42,445 bases of DNA from a virus (IMGVR_UViG_3300037515_000112:1-42445), one strand, 5' to 3'; positions 34,188 through 42,445 are shown, counted from the first letter of the stretch. Notes: a model not told the origin generated them from the letters alone. A program made the numbers and translations.

Positions 34188-35781
34188 CGGCTGGCATTTC
34201 CCTGCCCTTTCGTTGACTTCGCATCCTCAGATGCGTCCCCTTGTTTCATCTGAGATCGAGTCGTTGACGGTGAACCAGTTGACCGCTGGCACGATCACAG
34301 CCCAGGAGATCGTGTTGGCTACGGGTGATGATGGGATGTCGATTATCCGGTCGGAGAACTTCGTTACTGGGGTGTCTGGCTGGCAGGTCGACTCGGACGG
34401 TGACGCAGAGTTCAATGATGTTCTGGTCCGTGGTGATGTGTACGGCAACTGGGACGGAACTATTCCGGCAGACCTGTCTGCTGTGGATTCGGGCGCTACG
34501 ACTGGGTACTACTTGGATTCGTCGGAGGGCGCGCTTCAAGCAATGGGCGACATGTGGCTTGGTGGGGATATGACGCTGATCGGGTCGGGGCAGATTGCTA
34601 CGGCAGTATCGGGGGGTGACCGCGTAACGCTTGACTCGTCGGGGCTAAAAGCGGTACTTGCTGACGGCAGCGTTGTTGGGATTGTAAAGCCACTCGACCC
34701 CGGCATTATCTTCCGAGGGTCCGACGATGTTCACGCCTCGGGTATCCAGATCACAGACACCAGCGGGGCAAACAGCATCATCATAAAACAAAGGACTGGT
34801 GCAGGTAGTAGCGCATCGGCCATCTTCATTGGCAATCAGACTATCAACATACCAAACTTCCCCCTCGTAATCGCTGACGGCTCGGCAGGCGCACCGTCAT
34901 TGGGGTTCTGGGCGGACCCGGATACGGGGATATATCGGATAGGGGCAGACAATCTTGGCATCTCGGTTGGCGGTTCTTTGCGGCTTGCCTTCAATGCTGA
35001 TGTAGAAGTGATGGCTGCGGCTTTTGAGGTTCCTGTATACATACGACCAGGAGTGACAACCATTGGACCGACCCTCCACGCCCTTTACCGACCCTCAGAA
35101 GGTATCGTCATTGCCTCCACTTCGTCCAACGGTGAGATGGGCGCATACCGGCAGACAACCTCCACCACGCAGGCAGTATGGGCTATCTACAGCAATGTCG
35201 GTGCCACTCGTCGCCGTCATGCTTACTTCCAGAGCGACGGCAGGGTAGTTCTCAACTCGTTTGGATCGGCTCCCGGTACTGGCCTGTTTGTGCAGCGGAA
35301 CTTCACAGCCATTGGAGATGTTCAGGTGTTGCGTGGAGTGTTCAACTCGTCGCCTACGGCAGCCGGTACAGAGGTTGGTTATCACTCATCGCTGGAAGCA
35401 CACAAAGACAACATTCATTCCCTCACCGACGAACTCGGCTCAGCCCTTTCCATCATCGCCAAGGTTCGGCCCTCCGTTTCTGACCGCAAACCCGAGTTCG
35501 CGGGCGGTGACGAGATGATCCAGTCAATGCTGGACGAACGCAAAGCACAAAACCGCGAGCGCGGCATCAAAGGCAAGGCCGACAAGAACTCCCCCCTTCG
35601 CACCACTGGCCCCAACGGTGTGCTTCACGAAGTAGGGTTCATCCACGAGAACCTGATGGAAGCACACCCACAACTCATCACCCGCGACGGTGCCAGCCCA
35701 TCAGACCGTGCGCTACTCGCCCTCGCCTACGCTGGTATTCAAGAACTTGAAGCTCGGCTTGCTATACTGGAAGCAGCGTAA
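34180..35781 (+). CDS. Tail fibre/spike with C-terminal intramolecular chaperone (Peptidase S74-like)
   Basis: IRSENFVTGVSGWQVDSDGDAEFN; DGSAGAPSLGF..DPDTGIYR; SSLEAHKDNI..VGFIHE..IQELEARL; GTG 34180. Confidence 0.8.
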   Translation: MTSGWHFPALSLTSHPQMRPLVSSEIESLTVNQLTAGTITAQEIVLATGDDGMSIIRSENFVTGVSGWQVDSDGDAEFNDVLVRGDVYGNWDGTIPADLSAVDSGATTGYYLDSSEGALQAMGDMWLGGDMTLIGSGQIATAVSGGDRVTLDSSGLKAVLADGSVVGIVKPLDPGIIFRGSDDVHASGIQITDTSGANSIIIKQRTGAGSSASAIFIGNQTINIPNFPLVIADGSAGAPSLGFWADPDTGIYRIGADNLGISVGGSLRLAFNADVEVMAAAFEVPVYIRPGVTTIGPTLHALYRPSEGIVIASTSSNGEMGAYRQTTSTTQAVWAIYSNVGATRRRHAYFQSDGRVVLNSFGSAPGTGLFVQRNFTAIGDVQVLRGVFNSSPTAAGTEVGYHSSLEAHKDNIHSLTDELGSALSIIAKVRPSVSDRKPEFAGGDEMIQSMLDERKAQNRERGIKGKADKNSPLRTTGPNGVLHEVGFIHENLMEAHPQLITRDGASPSDRALLALAYAGIQELEARLAILEAA

Positions 35782-35794
35782 GAAAGGACCAGCC

Positions 35795-36019
35795 ATGTCA
35801 GACATCACCAACACCATCGAAGAACTTGTCACCAAACGGCAGCAGGCCGAACAGTCAGCAAGGTTCGTAGCCACCCTACTAACCGCTGTGCTAGCGGGGG
35901 CCGGTGGCCCCTCACAAACCATCACACACAAGGAACTAGCAGCCCTCACGGGAATGGGCGTTAGCATCCAACCGTTGAAGTCGGGGTACAAGCTCACACT
36001 AACAGGCAGCGACGAGTGA
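35795..36019 (+). CDS. Hypothetical protein (74 aa)
   Basis: SD GAAAGGA before ATG 35795. Confidence 0.7.
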   Translation: MSDITNTIEELVTKRQQAEQSARFVATLLTAVLAGAGGPSQTITHKELAALTGMGVSIQPLKSGYKLTLTGSDE

Positions 36020-36738
36020 AGTTCTACAACCCAACCCCAGGCTACGGCCCCGCCAAAATAGCCGACACCTTCATCCCAAACGGCCACCCCACACGACCCG
36101 GAGGGCATACAGGATGGGACAATCGGGCCCCCCGACGCACCCCCATAAGGCCAATCGGCCCCGCCAAAGCCTACCAGATCGTCAGTGACGGTGCCTGTGG
36201 CTACGGGATCAGGCTGTACCACGGCGAAGGCTGGACATCCTCGTACTGTCACTTCGATCAGCCCACCACACTCAAAGTAGGCGACCTGGTGGACTACGAC
36301 ACCATCCTCGGCTATGTCGGCATGACCGGCAACGCCGTCTACTACCACCTGCATTTCTCCATCGAGAAGAACGGGGTCCGCCAAGACCCCGACCTTCTCC
36401 TAGAGGGACAGCAGGGAACATGGATCAGACCAGGATGGGAACCAGAGATCGGGGACAACGTGGAAATCATAGCAGGCAAGAACAGGTACGAAACAGCGGC
36501 GCTAGTGTCCAAACGGGAACACCCCAACGGGGCGCACACCGTATGGGTCGCGTCCGGTGAGGACTATCCTGATGCGTTGACGGCTGGCAGGCCACTCCTG
36601 CTCACCCGCAAGGACAGCCTACCGGCTGAAACCCTCAACGAGATCAAACGCCTGGGAGCTACCAAGGCTGTTGTTCTCGGCGGCGAAGCGGCTATCGCAT
36701 CGAAGGTGAAAGCGGAGATCAGTCAGGCACTCGCCTAA
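36016..36738 (+). CDS. Endolysin: M23 metallopeptidase plus one cell-wall-binding-2 (CWB2) repeat
   Basis: HTGWD (HxxxD), SYCH, HLHF (HxH); IAGKNRYETA..VASGEDYPDAL..PLLLT..VLGGEAAI. Confidence 0.88.
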   Translation: MKFYNPTPGYGPAKIADTFIPNGHPTRPGGHTGWDNRAPRRTPIRPIGPAKAYQIVSDGACGYGIRLYHGEGWTSSYCHFDQPTTLKVGDLVDYDTILGYVGMTGNAVYYHLHFSIEKNGVRQDPDLLLEGQQGTWIRPGWEPEIGDNVEIIAGKNRYETAALVSKREHPNGAHTVWVASGEDYPDALTAGRPLLLTRKDSLPAETLNEIKRLGATKAVVLGGEAAIASKVKAEISQALA

Positions 36739-36938
36739 TGGAACCATCCGGCATGACGAGGGAACAACAGCAAATGCTGACTGAACTCCACTCAGCCATG
36801 CTTGGGTCGCGGATCAACGGCCACATCGTCAACCTTGGCCTAGCGGCCAGGGTACGCCGGTTGGAGAAACTGTTTGCCGGAACCTTCGGACTGCTTGTTG
36901 TCTCCCTGGGGGACAGGGCATGGCAGCTCCTAGCCTAA
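36738..36938 (+). CDS. Small membrane protein of the lysis cassette
   Basis: TAATG coupling; RVRRLEK followed by a hydrophobic segment. Confidence 0.65.
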   Translation: MEPSGMTREQQQMLTELHSAMLGSRINGHIVNLGLAARVRRLEKLFAGTFGLLVVSLGDRAWQLLA

Positions 36939-36975
36939 CGGGAATGGTGGCTGGCTCCGAAGCGTTGGAGGGACT

Positions 36976-37254
36976 GTGAACGTTGCCGATGTAGCCCTAC
37001 TCATCACCGCTATAGCCGTCCTCATCGGGTCGGTATCGGCCCCCTTTCTTGCCCTCCGACTCAAACATTTGGACATCAAAGTAGCGCAAATAGACCATGC
37101 AGTCAACGGTAAGCCCGTGGGCGCACAAACCATGCAGTCCCAGATCGGGGAGATACACCATCGAGACTTCCCGACCGAACCTAACGGCGATGCCGTACTG
37201 CCACTACTCCGTCAGATACTAGCCAACCAAGAACCCAACAAGAAGGGGGCATAG
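36976..37254 (+). CDS. Membrane protein of the lysis cassette
   Basis: N-terminal TM helix; IDHAVNG; SD GGAGG. Confidence 0.7.
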   Translation: MNVADVALLITAIAVLIGSVSAPFLALRLKHLDIKVAQIDHAVNGKPVGAQTMQSQIGEIHHRDFPTEPNGDAVLPLLRQILANQEPNKKGA

Positions 37255-37255
37255 C

Positions 37256-37315
37256 ATGTCACTAGGAATGATCTTCATAGTCATCGGACTGATCCCACTC
37301 ATCGTAGGACGCTAA
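37256..37315 (+). CDS. 19-aa hydrophobic peptide
   Basis: MSLGMIFIVIGLIPLIVGR exactly fills the gap; purine-rich SD-like upstream. Confidence 0.45.
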   Translation: MSLGMIFIVIGLIPLIVGR

Positions 37316-37334
37316 CCAACCAAGGGAGAACTCG

Positions 37335-37646
37335 ATGGAGTTCGTCGTAATCTCAACAGTCATCAAGACAATCGTGGACGCGTTCAAGCGCAAGTTCGAG
37401 TTCTCGGGGACAACCACCAACCTCGTCGCCTTGGCGCTCGGGATCGGCCTGGCGTTCCTGGGTCAGTTGGACTACTCTAACGCGTTTGACGTGTCCTTCG
37501 GCACAGAGTGGCTAGGCTACCTGACCACAGGTGTTGGGCTGGCCGGGTTCTCAGCCGGTATCCATGAGGCCGTGACCGCCCGGAAGCCGTCACCGGCCCT
37601 GGAGGACGCAGGGTTCGAGGATGCGGAGCCCGACCACACGCCCTAA
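37335..37646 (+). CDS. Holin
   Basis: 2-3 TM segments, LTTGVGLAGFSAGIHE, charged tail, downstream of endolysin. Confidence 0.75.
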   Translation: MEFVVISTVIKTIVDAFKRKFEFSGTTTNLVALALGIGLAFLGQLDYSNAFDVSFGTEWLGYLTTGVGLAGFSAGIHEAVTARKPSPALEDAGFEDAEPDHTP

Positions 37647-38062
37647 ACGGAAGCGAGATCGACCCCGCTCGCCCTTGCAGCTCTCAAAATCCGAGAGAGC
37701 AGCGAGGCTGGCAACACGGCAATGTCAATGTGAGGCTGATTGCGCTTGTCCCCAGCACAAACCAAAACCCAAGGCATCCGTTCCGCCACCCGACGAGCCT
37801 CCCTAGCCGACAAACCAGGACGCACCTTCTGGACCCGCCACAAGGTCTTACCGATCACCGTGTTCACCCACTGAACAATCAGACCTTGTAGCCGCTTACG
37901 CTTCTTCGCCTCCACCAACCAGCCCTCCACCCCCAAGAAGTCACCGTAATCCAACACCCCTGTTAGGGGGGCACGGGAAGCATCCGGCCACACAGGTTTC
38001 AGGATCGCTTCGAGAACATGATTCTCGTAGGCTGTTCCGATCTGCCGGGGTCTATTAGCCAC
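37643..38062 (-). CDS. Holliday junction resolvase (Hjc-like PD-(D/E)XK)
   Basis: RQIGTAYE, DYGD, LVEAK. Confidence 0.8.
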   Translation of the reverse strand: MANRPRQIGTAYENHVLEAILKPVWPDASRAPLTGVLDYGDFLGVEGWLVEAKKRKRLQGLIVQWVNTVIGKTLWRVQKVRPGLSAREARRVAERMPWVLVCAGDKRNQPHIDIAVLPASLLSRILRAARASGVDLASV

Positions 38063-38237
38063 GCGTGAACTCCGTGGCCTTCACATCATGGGCTGGGACA
38101 CCCAACTCCACAGCCCCTCTGCTACGGGCCTGATTCTCGTCCTTGGCATACACGACCACTTGGTAGGGTCCGTCATCGAAGTCGAACCCTTCCGGGGGGG
38201 CGGTCTGCTTTTGGACTACATAGCTGCGTTCGGTCAT
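38055..38237 (-). CDS. Hypothetical protein (60 aa)
   Basis: SD GGAGG; coupled overlap. Confidence 0.68.
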   Translation of the reverse strand: MTERSYVVQKQTAPPEGFDFDDGPYQVVVYAKDENQARSRGAVELGVPAHDVKATEFTRG

Positions 38238-38488
38238 GGCTGTACCTCCGTAATGCCTAGTCGTAGGTTGATAAGGATGCTTGCCCGGTCTGGTACGATC
38301 TCGTCTGCCATGTTGCGGACCTTCTCGGTATCGTCCATGCAGTCCCGGTAGCCCTTCGCGTACCCGTCCTTGTGGCCCTTAGCGTAGCCCTTCTGATACA
38401 GGGCCGCCCTGTCTGATTCCCACTCTCGATAGTCTAGGTCGCGATGCAGGTTGCCGGACCTGTCCACCCTCCACCCTGTCGTTCCCAT
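38234..38488 (-). CDS. Hypothetical protein with GYxxG repeats (84 aa)
   Basis: TAATG coupling at 38488; YQKGYAKGHKDGYAKGY. Confidence 0.65.
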   Translation of the reverse strand: MGTTGWRVDRSGNLHRDLDYREWESDRAALYQKGYAKGHKDGYAKGYRDCMDDTEKVRNMADEIVPDRASILINLRLGITEVQP

Positions 38489-39186
38489 TACTGCCCCTTC
38501 CAAGAGTGCCAGTACTGCTTCAAGAACGGCCACACATCAGCGTTCAACCGAACATCCTCAACACACCGATGCACAATCCGATCCACAGACTCACCATCAA
38601 ACATGTTCGCTTCACGCCAATCATGCTTCGACGGCTTATCCTTCCCACGCTTGATACCAAAGTAGTCGGCCACGTTCTCCAACGAAGCCGACTGCAACAA
38701 CCCCTTCAACCCATACCTAGTAATCAGGTAGGTGTCCGCATGGACACGCTTCGGTAGCGGAGACAGCATGTGCCTACCCAGCACACCGTTCAAGAAGTTA
38801 CGGTCAAAGGCCAGAGAGTTGTGACCGATCAGAATGTCAGCGGCACAGAACTGCTCCGCAGCCCACATCGCTAACTGCTTCTCCTTGTGACCTGGCCTGC
38901 CCTCGAAGTCGTTGACGCTACGAACCTCCAGCTCGTAGGTGTCGGGGTCAAGAAAGGCGGCCACTACTAGGCCGCCGATGTCCGCTCTCAGGTTGGTGGT
39001 TTCCAAGTCCCACACGACGGTTCGTACCGCCGTTCGGGGCTCCGCTTCCGACTTGCCTTGCAGATACCACCTGACTTGCGAGTAGGTGGCAGGCGGGTCG
39101 ATGCTGTCACCGATCTGCCTGTGAGGTACGCCGCCCTTGGCGGCTTTGTCAATCTGCTTTCGCTGGGTCTGCGTCAAGGTAGACAC
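38488..39186 (-). CDS. RNase H-like 3'-5' exonuclease (PolB-exo/YprB-like) with N-terminal HTH-like segment
   Basis: VVWDLETT, IGHNSLAFD, CVEDV; N-terminal GVPHRQIG..ATYSQVRWYL. Confidence 0.82.
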   Translation of the reverse strand: MSTLTQTQRKQIDKAAKGGVPHRQIGDSIDPPATYSQVRWYLQGKSEAEPRTAVRTVVWDLETTNLRADIGGLVVAAFLDPDTYELEVRSVNDFEGRPGHKEKQLAMWAAEQFCAADILIGHNSLAFDRNFLNGVLGRHMLSPLPKRVHADTYLITRYGLKGLLQSASLENVADYFGIKRGKDKPSKHDWREANMFDGESVDRIVHRCVEDVRLNADVWPFLKQYWHSWKGQ

Positions 39187-39544
39187 GCAGTTTGTTCCTA
39201 ACCGTAGACGGTACGAGGGCCAATCCTGTTTCTATCTGGCGCTCCAGAGAGCCAGCATACCAAGCATCCATGTACTCTCGCCAAGACTTCTCATGTTCCC
39301 GCCGCCCAACATACATCGGTTCACCGAACACGAACTTCACAGTCTTGCGGGGGGCCAACCATTCGACCTCGCTGGTAGCGGACGGGCAAGGGAAAGCACG
39401 GTACGCCCGTTCGAGGTTCGCACCGGCAGCGTCAAATGCCTGGCGGCACAGCGACGACAGCGCCCAGGCACGCCGCACAGACATCTCCATTTGTTTAGAG
39501 GCAGCCCCTCGGGGGTTCAGGGAATCCGCTGTATGTTCATTCAT
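39149..39544 (-). CDS. Hypothetical protein
   Basis: ATGA coupling to the primase gene; fills the gap. Confidence 0.62.
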   Translation of the reverse strand: MNEHTADSLNPRGAASKQMEMSVRRAWALSSLCRQAFDAAGANLERAYRAFPCPSATSEVEWLAPRKTVKFVFGEPMYVGRREHEKSWREYMDAWYAGSLERQIETGLALVPSTVRNKLRVYLDADPAKAD

Positions 39545-40104
39545 GTGTTCAGCGATGCCCTGACAGCTCCAATGAGCGCCTCTGGGTCGTTCAACAGCCA
39601 GTCGTTCAAGTCCATTCCGTCAGGAACATCCAGCACAGTAGCGTTAGGCTCAAACGCATCCAACAGTTTGCTGCTCGCTGCCCTGCCAGCCTGATCCCCG
39701 TCCATCGCAACCACAATCCAAGCCCCATCGAACAACAGTTTCCACGCACCACGAAACCGCTCAGTGTTCCCCGTACCGGGAATACCAATCGCGGGGAACC
39801 CCAAGTAGACGAGAGTGAGACAGTCGATCTCCCCCTCGGTGAACACGATCTTGTCAGCGTTCGGACCTAAACGCAACGGATTGTACAGGTGGACCCCGGA
39901 GCCTGGTCTGCCCCAATACTTCGGCTGTCCCTCCGGGTCAGGGTTACGGTAACGGCTGTACCATGTGCCGGTCAGGTTCCAGTAGGGCAGCCCTATCCAC
40001 CCTGGCTTCTCGCCGTCTGATGGGCAGAGGCGTACCCCATGTTCTTTGAGGAAGTGGACGGGCAGGGCTCTCGCCTCCGCGAACTCGTCAAGTGGGGTAC
40101 TCAC
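39541..40104 (-). CDS. DNA primase, catalytic/Toprim half
   Basis: PKY, LYN, FTEGEID, IGIPG, MDGDQAG, DLNDW; GTG 40104. Confidence 0.9.
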   Translation of the reverse strand: MSTPLDEFAEARALPVHFLKEHGVRLCPSDGEKPGWIGLPYWNLTGTWYSRYRNPDPEGQPKYWGRPGSGVHLYNPLRLGPNADKIVFTEGEIDCLTLVYLGFPAIGIPGTGNTERFRGAWKLLFDGAWIVVAMDGDQAGRAASSKLLDAFEPNATVLDVPDGMDLNDWLLNDPEALIGAVRASLNT

Positions 40105-40663
40105 CCTTCTTCCTTTCTCTGGCCCCACGGCCAGCAGCAACCCCCACATACCCATCATGGTACGACACGCTAGCCAACATACCATCCATGCTCAACGCCC
40201 ACTCATCACACTCCCGAGCCACCGGACACGAAGCACACATCGCCTTCGCCTCCGCCAACAGCCGCTCATCGTCCGGCCCAGGATCAGACCCGTTCTCACC
40301 AACAAAGAACCCAGGATGCTCAGTACCCCAGCAGGCACCCCGCTCCGCCCACAAGCCCCGCGACGGGGGCATAGGGGGGCATACGCCGCACCATTCCACT
40401 TCCACACCACGCAGCCGAGAGGGGCCAGGCACACCGATCTGGTCGCCCCACAGGGGGACCGGCATCACCACAAACCACGACTCATCCTCATCGAACACTT
40501 CTACTGTCTGTACTTGATGCGACCCCAGGTGCCTGCATTGTGGGCTGGTATGCACGGCCCCTACCCAGTACCTCCCTACGAGTCTTTCTTCTGACTCACG
40601 GCTGGGGCTGGTGAGCCCCACGGTATATCCGACCCTCACTTTGGTAGCGGCCCGTAGCGCCAC
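40088..40663 (-). CDS. WhiB-family regulator with N-terminal metal-binding extension
   Basis: WAERGAC..FF..AKAMCASCPVAREC..WAL..GVAAG..ARER; N-domain HTSPQCRHL..WCGVC. Confidence 0.82.
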   Translation of the reverse strand: MALRAATKVRVGYTVGLTSPSRESEERLVGRYWVGAVHTSPQCRHLGSHQVQTVEVFDEDESWFVVMPVPLWGDQIGVPGPSRLRGVEVEWCGVCPPMPPSRGLWAERGACWGTEHPGFFVGENGSDPGPDDERLLAEAKAMCASCPVARECDEWALSMDGMLASVSYHDGYVGVAAGRGARERKKGEYPT

Positions 40664-41118
40664 ACATCGTCACCGACCGGACGTAGGGCGGTGCCGAGGT
40701 CGAACAGGTCTGTCAGCTCCCGATAGTGCAGGTCCACGAAGAACTCAGGGCCATAGGTCGGCTCAGAGTATTCCTCACACTCCATGCGGAACACATCCAA
40801 GGCATCCTCCAGATTGTCGCCGCTGATGATGGCGTACCATTCCTCGTCCGGGCCGAACACCGTATCCGATGTGTCCTGCCATCTGAGCAGGTAATGGTTG
40901 TACCCGTCGCGGGCCTCAACCAAGCCTACTACCCGCGCCGTATCGGTTGGTGTTTCCGTAACGTCCACGTTTACCAGCATGTCATCTCCTTCTTTCGGGG
41001 GAGCGTACGGCCCCCCAGCTTCCCATAGGTGAATGTCATCTGTGGGTGTACCGTCATCATGCCACGGGTGTATCTCCGATAGCAAACACCACCGGCACCA
41101 CGGGGTCACAGTAGCCAA
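40636..41118 (-). CDS. Hypothetical acidic protein
   Basis: Fills the gap; N-terminal CRWC..H..H. Confidence 0.65.
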   Translation of the reverse strand: MATVTPWCRWCLLSEIHPWHDDGTPTDDIHLWEAGGPYAPPKEGDDMLVNVDVTETPTDTARVVGLVEARDGYNHYLLRWQDTSDTVFGPDEEWYAIISGDNLEDALDVFRMECEEYSEPTYGPEFFVDLHYRELTDLFDLGTALRPVGDDVWRYGPLPK

Positions 41119-41417
41119 TCGCTTTCCTCCTTACCATCCCCCGCCTCCACACCCAGCATAGACAACACATCCAACGCCTGCAACCCCTCCACTTCCAACA
41201 TCAGATCGAACCCGTCGCCGTGGAGCCCGCAGGCGTGACAATGAAACTTCCCGTAACGCAGATGCACGGAGGCAGAAGGGTTCCTGTCTCCCCGCGCATG
41301 GAACTCCGAAGGGCACGATACCTTCTGCCAACCCAGGTGCGAAGGGCGGTAGCGTATGTCGAGGTGGTCGAGTACGGCCACGATGAGGTCATGTTTGTCT
41401 GTGTCGAATCTGCCCAT
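41106..41417 (-). CDS. DNA primase zinc-binding (CHC2) half
   Basis: CPSEFH..DRNPS..FHCHACGLHGD; ATG 41417. Confidence 0.88.
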   Translation of the reverse strand: MGRFDTDKHDLIVAVLDHLDIRYRPSHLGWQKVSCPSEFHARGDRNPSASVHLRYGKFHCHACGLHGDGFDLMLEVEGLQALDVLSMLGVEAGDGKEESDWLL

Positions 41418-41418
41418 G

Positions 41419-41760
41419 TCATACTTCGTCCTTCCTTGTCCCATCACCAAGCACAGCCGCAGGCGGAATGGCCTCATGGACACAACACTCGCACCGGCAG
41501 CCACGCTCCACCAGCTTAGCGTTAGCACGGTACTTACGAACCGTAGCAAACCTGCGGAACCTACCATCCCCGAAATGGTCAAGGTGATCCGAGTTGATCC
41601 ACACAGCAGGCCCGTAGCCCTGGCCTGCGGGCCAGCCATGCAACCTCACAACCCTGTACTGCCCCTGCCCCCTACCGGACTGCCGGTAGTCTACGACTAC
41701 GGCTGGGCGGTCCTCGAAGGTGACGACCTCGGCTGTCTTGAACTTGTGTAGCCTACCCAT
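41419..41760 (-). CDS. Hypothetical protein (113 aa)
   Basis: TGATG coupling to the helicase; GCRCECC. Confidence 0.68.
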   Translation of the reverse strand: MGRLHKFKTAEVVTFEDRPAVVVDYRQSGRGQGQYRVVRLHGWPAGQGYGPAVWINSDHLDHFGDGRFRRFATVRKYRANAKLVERGCRCECCVHEAIPPAAVLGDGTRKDEV

Positions 41761-42445
41761 CAGCCCTCCAGTGAAACGAGCTTGCCGAGTCTGGGATACC
41801 ACCTGAGTTGGACTTCCATCTCGCCGCCAGGATCAGCGGGCCCATCCTGCTGCTTCAACACCTGCAACGACATCACCGACCCACCATTGTTGTACACCCC
41901 CCACACATGACGGGCCTCACGCTCACCAGCATACAACAGATCATTCATCGTAATAGGCTGCTGCCCACGCCCATGCTCCGTACCCCCACCCCTCGTCACA
42001 TGATGTAAAGCCAAGATAAAGACATCCATATCCAGGGCCAACCGTTTCAAGTCCGGTAGCACCGCCGAGTAGAAGGTAGTCTCATGGTGCGTGTGACCCT
42101 CCACAATCAGGTCAATCAGGTTGTCGATCACCACCACCGGAGGCGCATGACCAATCCATTCCGTCAACGCCACACACATGTCACGCAGCCGCTCCATACT
42201 GATAGCACCCGACGACACTACGAGCTGTGGGTGCTTGTCACGCATCTGATCCACAATATGCTGCTTCTGCGCTGGGTCAGCCAACGCATTCTGGATCACA
42301 CTGATCTCACGGTTCAGGGTGAGCCCTGTGAGGCGGGCGAGGATGGACGAGGGGGAATCTTGGGCGCAGTACAGGACTGGCACTTCCATCTGGGTTGCGA
42401 GGTTCGCTGCGACCATGCTCTTGCCTCCGCCTGGGGCTCCGGCGA
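41760..42445 (-). CDS. DnaB-like helicase, 3' part (gene starts at 242 across the junction)
   Basis: Walker B VVVIDNL, LALHHV, LQVLKQQDG. Confidence 0.88.
   Translation of the reverse strand, partial: AGAPGGGKSMVAANLATQMEVPVLYCAQDSPSSILARLTGLTLNREISVIQNALADPAQKQHIVDQMRDKHPQLVVSSGAISMERLRDMCVALTEWIGHAPPVVVIDNLIDLIVEGHTHHETTFYSAVLPDLKRLALDMDVFILALHHVTRGGGTEHGRGQQPITMNDLLYAGEREARHVWGVYNNGGSVMSLQVLKQQDGPADPGGEMEVQLRWYPRLGKLVSLEG
42319..42445. repeat. Terminal overlap, copy 2
   Basis: Identical to 1-127. Confidence 0.95.

Noticed and set aside
34180-35781. Diversity-generating retroelement target
   Set aside because: No reverse transcriptase and no adenine-mismatched template repeat noticed

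Overview
The window is a complete, circularly assembled genome of a GC-rich tailed dsDNA phage. Bases 1-127 are identical to 42319-42445, so the unique length is 42,318 bp. A WhiB-family regulator, a split primase and apparently leaderless promoters point to an Actinomycetota host; this is inference. The virion module looks podovirus-like: terminase, portal, three large putative ejection proteins, scaffold, N4-gp56-type major capsid, adaptor/nozzle and tail fibre, with no tape measure or tail tube. There are three blocks. (i) A leftward replication/recombination operon (6557 through the junction to 37643): many small genes, HNH, Cas4-like exonuclease, two stand-alone 3'-5' exonucleases, DnaB-like helicase, split primase, WhiB fusion and Holliday-junction resolvase. 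(ii) A rightward early region (6757-10190) of five promoter-gene(s)-hairpin cassettes with shared flanking repeats. (iii) A rightward packaging/virion/lysis operon (10758-37646). I recognised no DNA polymerase, RNA polymerase, integrase or CRISPR array. The most notable observation is an intergenic 61-nt tRNA-like RNA with a His (GUG) anticodon and no D-arm, followed by a hairpin displaying an anti-Shine-Dalgarno sequence, directly upstream of a DEDDh exonuclease. Also notable are a glycosyltransferase plus sugar epimerase pair placed right after the capsid genes, the modular early cassette array, a LysM-like module inside the 2441-aa protein, an M23 endolysin with a single CWB2 repeat, and a non-canonical WhiB gene lying between the two primase halves. 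All family calls come from motif recognition by eye, not database searches.
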